Positions 30,289-34,247 of a stretch of 34,247 bases of DNA are shown one piece after another. The stretch lies in contig BTUB01000001.1 in NCBI GenBank assembly GCA_045863215.1, forward strand, positions 1-34,247, in the 5' to 3' direction. Each line of letters starts with the position of its first letter. Positions within the stretch are counted from its first letter, which is position 1. Made by a program: the position numbers and the translations under genes. The notes beneath the pieces were generated by a model, which saw only the letters and a program-made list of their open reading frames with translations, searched no databases and was not told the origin of the DNA. The DNA is from Candidatus Babeliales bacterium. Lineage in GTDB: Bacteria > Babelota > Babeliae > Babelales > Vermiphilaceae.

Positions 30289-33003
30289 ATGAAAATTCAT
30301 CCAAGAAAATTGCTTGGGCTTTTGATTATAGTCTTTATTATTCCTTACAAGGTTTTGGCAGTCGCTCTAACGAATTGCATTCCTTATCTTATAGAAATTG
30401 CCAAGCAAGCTTTATTAAGTTTAGCGCTTATTACTGGCTATTTAGTAAATACGAAGCCCGAATTCCCTTCGCAAGCAGATTCAATTGAGCATCAGGGAAT
30501 AAAAAATACTTATCTAAATCAATTTCTGCAAGATATAGCTAAACAAACGGGGGTGATAATAACACCTGAAACATTAAATCAACTGAGCAATGCTGGCATA
30601 CATCATGATTACCAAAAACTTGAAAGTCTTTTGGCGACATTACAGCCCACTGATAAGAACTTAAGCTCTTCCGCTGGTACTTTTAGCCTACAAAAATCTG
30701 AAATTAATCCCTATGCGCTTGCTAGAGGAATTAAACGATTTGAACAGCCAGGAGCTTATACACAAATAACAAACGGCAGCATACCAGACTATAACTCAAC
30801 AATAACAAGGGTTCAAACGTCTTCGACTGCATCAAAAAATACAGCTGATCCTGTCTTAACTGATATTCATTCTTTGCAATACAGTAATTTCGGTGAATAT
30901 TCAAATGAACTATCTATTCCTAATCCAGCTAACCCCACACTTGTTCTGCATGGTAATCATCAAAGCCCTCAAAAGAATCAAAGTGCTGCTCGATATATGC
31001 ATCAATTGATGCATCAGCAGGCCGTATACTCTCAAGGGAAAGCGTTTCATGAGTGGGAAAGAGCATTTTTTTCAGTCGCTGCTCACTTTCATAACTCTAC
31101 GCTCCGCCAACAGTTAAAAAAACATGTTCAAAGTTATCACAAAGTTCTTCATGATGCATGTCAACTTGGAGCATCAGCTCAAGCCATACAAGCACAAACG
31201 CAAATCGCTCTTCAAGGATTACCGCTTCCTGGTTTTTTACATGAATTTTCTGAAGTTCTTCAAGAAAAAGCCTCACGCATCTGTTTTAAACATAATGGCA
31301 CCTGGAAAGGTATTGAGACTTCAACTCAATTAGAAGAACTTAAGCAAGTATGCCAGGCTTATCAAACTCTTTTAGATAAACTCTCGTGGCATCTTGAATG
31401 GGAAAATTCAACCGATGCTCAAGACTGCATTGAAGAACTTTATTTGTTGGATCAAGGTAGAGGAAATTGGGCAGGTAGATTTTTTTCATGGATGGGAAAC
31501 TTTTTTGATAGCGAAGCTATTTCTTTGCAAGAATTTCAATCTCGAATTGCTACCAATTCTTTTAATAAACAAACATTTACTGCACTTGAACTCTTAGAAA
31601 ACAAAGAGTTCAAATTGGCACGATTACCGCTTGAACATATGGCACATTCTGCCAAAACAGTTAATGAGGTCTTGCTCCATCAAGCCCTTCTTAAACAATA
31701 CCAAGAAAAAATAGCATTCCACTATGGCAATACTAATATCCCTCTCAAATATCAAGACGATCCAGTCTTTTGGATGTATAAACCAACAACTGAACACATG
31801 CAATTCGATGATCCGGCACTAAGATCAATCGAAAATCATTTAATAATCCGCGATACAATATACAATGAAATATTGAATACTATTTGCAAAAAGCAACCGC
31901 CAACCCCATTCATTCGAAATCTCGCCTATACTCTTATAGATAAATTAAATGACCCTATTGCCCTCATTAATCATCTTGAGTTTTTAAGCTCAGATAGCCA
32001 AAATCCTGAAATCCAACAAGCTTGCAACGCTTTCTATGATAAAGGCGTTTTAACTCTATTTGGGCTTACTAAACAGGCCTCTGCCTCTCGCGTGCCAGTC
32101 TCAGATCTACTTAATCGATCCGAATATGCTCACATAAGAAACGCTTTGAATAAACTATTATTGGTAGATGCTCGCAGTGAGCAAAGCAAAAGATCGTTGC
32201 AGCTAGTGTTTGATTGTATACCACATGCATGTACCGATACTACTTTTTCAAAAGACTATCAAAATATCATTAAAGCAATCACTCAAGCCCATATTGACGC
32301 TAAAGCTCCTAAAGAGATTCTGCACATTAGTTGTTTTCCCATCAATCCGACAAAGGATTTACATATAACTCTTTTAAAAGCAATGTCCAAAGCGGCACAA
32401 GAAGACCTGGGAAAAGCCAATCCTGCAGCAAATTCACCCCTTACCACACGTGAGGCTTGGGCTTGCATACAAAAAGTGCAAGAGCTAGAAAATAGCGGTG
32501 AAACTGCTGAAGCAAACGCCTTAGCTAATACATATCTCAAGGGCTATCTCGATGAAAAAATGCCAACTCAAAAGTATATAAAGCCAATTATTATTACTGC
32601 CGCGACCGCCGGAATTTGGTTTGCCAATTCGCAAGAGCAACCAAAACAAACACCTAAAATCTCCCCGCAATTCTCTGTGAACTCCCCTGATCCCGATGAT
32701 GAGGAAAGCGAGGAGATAAAAAAATATAGAAGCATACTGAAAGAAATTTTAAAAGATGCAATACAAGGAAATAAAACTCGTGGCAAATCAAAAATTTATG
32801 AAAAATTAGGAGGATTTAAAAAAGCAGTGAAAGATTTTTTAAGGTTGAATCCCACTGAAATAAAAGATATTCCTACCGGAAAAACCGGAAAACTTCCAGA
32901 TGAAAATCATGTAAATGTACGCACAAAAAGTGATGATGGAAGGCCAACTTTAGAAATTATTAACTTAATAAATAAAAACAGAATTAAAATCAGATATAAC
33001 TAA
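30289..33003 (+). CDS. large (904 aa) membrane protein with helical body, late TM segment, acidic linker and toxin-like ~100-aa C-terminal module
   Basis: AGGAG upstream. There are N-terminal TM segments (LLGLLIIVFIIPYKVLAVAL; LLSLALITGYLV) and a late TM segment (IKPIIITAATAGIWFA), then the linker SPDPDDEESEE. The C-terminal module is GNKTRGKSKIYEKLGGFKKAVKDFLRLNPTEIKDIPTGKTGKLPDENHVNVRTKSDDGRPTLEI...IKIRYN. Confidence 0.65.
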   Translation: MKIHPRKLLGLLIIVFIIPYKVLAVALTNCIPYLIEIAKQALLSLALITGYLVNTKPEFPSQADSIEHQGIKNTYLNQFLQDIAKQTGVIITPETLNQLSNAGIHHDYQKLESLLATLQPTDKNLSSSAGTFSLQKSEINPYALARGIKRFEQPGAYTQITNGSIPDYNSTITRVQTSSTASKNTADPVLTDIHSLQYSNFGEYSNELSIPNPANPTLVLHGNHQSPQKNQSAARYMHQLMHQQAVYSQGKAFHEWERAFFSVAAHFHNSTLRQQLKKHVQSYHKVLHDACQLGASAQAIQAQTQIALQGLPLPGFLHEFSEVLQEKASRICFKHNGTWKGIETSTQLEELKQVCQAYQTLLDKLSWHLEWENSTDAQDCIEELYLLDQGRGNWAGRFFSWMGNFFDSEAISLQEFQSRIATNSFNKQTFTALELLENKEFKLARLPLEHMAHSAKTVNEVLLHQALLKQYQEKIAFHYGNTNIPLKYQDDPVFWMYKPTTEHMQFDDPALRSIENHLIIRDTIYNEILNTICKKQPPTPFIRNLAYTLIDKLNDPIALINHLEFLSSDSQNPEIQQACNAFYDKGVLTLFGLTKQASASRVPVSDLLNRSEYAHIRNALNKLLLVDARSEQSKRSLQLVFDCIPHACTDTTFSKDYQNIIKAITQAHIDAKAPKEILHISCFPINPTKDLHITLLKAMSKAAQEDLGKANPAANSPLTTREAWACIQKVQELENSGETAEANALANTYLKGYLDEKMPTQKYIKPIIITAATAGIWFANSQEQPKQTPKISPQFSVNSPDPDDEESEEIKKYRSILKEILKDAIQGNKTRGKSKIYEKLGGFKKAVKDFLRLNPTEIKDIPTGKTGKLPDENHVNVRTKSDDGRPTLEIINLINKNRIKIRYN

Positions 33004-33015
33004 CTAGGATAAAAA

Positions 33016-33417
33016 ATGCAAGAAACATGGACCCGCTGGGAACCAATAACTCGCCTATCACACAATTATTATTGTGAATCACTAATAGACACTCCAGATG
33101 ACGGATTTCAAATACGTTTATTCGATGAAGAAGGTAAAAAACTTTTAATTTCATTTTCTGAATCAGTAGATGCATATCGTAGTACGGATGGCAGCTTTTC
33201 ATATGATACAATTGAAAGTTTAGAAAAAAAATATGGTAAAGAATTTTATTCTACATGGAGTTTTTTTAAAATTGAAAATTCTGAATTTTTAGAATGGATT
33301 AAAAAAGAATCACAGGGAACATTTGAAATATATCAATTGCAGCATTTTTGCTTTTGGACAATAGATTGCAGAATTGATGTAATTAATAATTACGATCCCG
33401 AAATAAAGCATATTTAA
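33016..33417 (+). CDS. small cytoplasmic protein, immunity-protein-like position
   Basis: 133-aa ORF starting 12 nt after the 904-aa gene. It has no signal peptide and is acidic. Assignment is by position and size only. Confidence 0.5.
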   Translation: MQETWTRWEPITRLSHNYYCESLIDTPDDGFQIRLFDEEGKKLLISFSESVDAYRSTDGSFSYDTIESLEKKYGKEFYSTWSFFKIENSEFLEWIKKESQGTFEIYQLQHFCFWTIDCRIDVINNYDPEIKHI

Positions 33418-33502
33418 ATTTAAACAATCACTTGATTTTAATATCAAGGACGATAATCTATGCTCTAACCATTTTTAACAAGCATCATCAGGAGCATCTT
33501 CT

Positions 33503-34246
33503 ATGAAATACTCACTCGTATTATTACTCAGCATCTTTAGTTTTGCTTACGCCAACTCCCCGTTCCAAGAATTTCAAAGCGACTATGATCATGATGCAGA
33601 AATAGATAAGTCCTGGAATGAACATTATGAAAAAGCAAATACTTCGAGCATTAGTTCACAAAGTGTACCAACATCTGGCATTTTAGCAGATGAAATTTTA
33701 ACCGCAAAACGCAAACCACTTGATCCTGAACTTGCTGAACTTGTAATAAATATGTCATCTGAAGATCCTCGCAAGCTAGCTCTAATAATACAAGAATGCG
33801 CGCAAGATCCTAGTGAAAAGTGCCCGCCAAGGGTCCTCTTGGTAGGTGCTCCAGGTATTGGAAAAACAACTTATATACAAGCTGTCTCGGAAAAAGCTCA
33901 TATTCCTCTTACAATAATTAATGCGCCATTTGTATCGGATAAATATAAAGATTCAGGGCCAGAAAATCTTAAAGCTATTTTTAAATCTCTTTTGCAAACC
34001 AAAAGGAAAATTATTATAGCTATTGATGAACTGCATTGCCTTACCGATGGCCACAAAAATAGTAATGACCCAAACCCAAACACTGCCGCAGCACTTTGGA
34101 AATTAGTAGACCAATGTCGAGAGAATCCTAATATTATTTTAATAGGTATCATGAATTATGCTTCCAATATGCCTGAACAGCTGAAAAGTAGATTTGAAAA
34201 ATACATATGTCTCATGACATCTTCAGATGAAATTACTCAAATACAG
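33503..34246 (+). CDS. AAA+ ATPase with signal-peptide-like N-terminus (3' end outside window)
   Basis: My own translation from the ATG at 33503 (AGGAG 8 nt upstream) is open to the window edge. It begins MKYSLVLLLSIFSFAYA and contains Walker A (LLVGAPGIGKTT) and Walker B (IIIAIDELH). It is absent from the ORF track because there is no stop codon. Confidence 0.75.
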   Translation, partial: MKYSLVLLLSIFSFAYANSPFQEFQSDYDHDAEIDKSWNEHYEKANTSSISSQSVPTSGILADEILTAKRKPLDPELAELVINMSSEDPRKLALIIQECAQDPSEKCPPRVLLVGAPGIGKTTYIQAVSEKAHIPLTIINAPFVSDKYKDSGPENLKAIFKSLLQTKRKIIIAIDELHCLTDGHKNSNDPNPNTAAALWKLVDQCRENPNIILIGIMNYASNMPEQLKSRFEKYICLMTSSDEITQIQ

Positions 34247-34247
34247 C

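Noticed and set aside
1-34247. rRNA genes, tRNA genes, CRISPR arrays, IS elements with terminal inverted repeats and transposase genes
   Set aside because: I scanned the intergenic regions on both strands by eye. I found no T-loop/acceptor consensus, no rRNA-like conserved blocks, no repeat-spacer arrays and no DDE or IS-type transposase ORF. The only recombinase is the serine recombinase at 12012-13637.

Overview
AT-rich bacterial window with about 45 supportable genes. Many ORFs encode orphan proteins with signal peptides or lipoboxes, and two encode ankyrin-repeat proteins. This pattern suggests a host-associated or intracellular lineage; Dependentiae/TM6-like is only a guess, with no marker gene to support it.

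Recognisable core genes:
- Short-type transketolase (2319-4187, -).
- A translationally coupled pgi-zwf-gnd operon followed by a cyclase/kynurenine-formamidase-like gene (21734-26027, -).
- A nitroreductase.
- ComEC-related genes.

Accessory content, which is the most interesting part:
1. An integrative element (about 12.0-20.8 kb). It carries a large serine recombinase, a Cas4-like PD-(D/E)XK nuclease, a complete HpaII-type (CCGG) methyltransferase/endonuclease/Vsr module, a gpII/Rep_trans-like rolling-circle initiator and an orphan protein with a HEPN-like R-x4-H motif. It lies inside a CCGG-poor stretch, whereas the rest of the window is rich in CCGG.
2. A tight operon of four diverged lipoprotein paralogues plus a secreted serine hydrolase (26235-30159). 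I cannot assign it to any family.
3. A 904-aa membrane protein with a toxin-like C-terminal module, followed 12 nt later by a small immunity-like ORF.
4. A secreted, membrane-anchored protein whose ectodomain looks like a eukaryotic RGG/GAR box, followed by two cysteine-rich secreted proteins.

Smaller structures:
- A 37-bp direct repeat bracketing a ComEC-type MBL gene.
- A GC-rich 80-nt four-way-junction element flanked by 20-nt direct repeats.
- A G-quadruplex-type motif.
- Several intrinsic terminators.

I found no rRNA, tRNA or CRISPR array. All family calls rest on motifs read by eye, because no searches were run.
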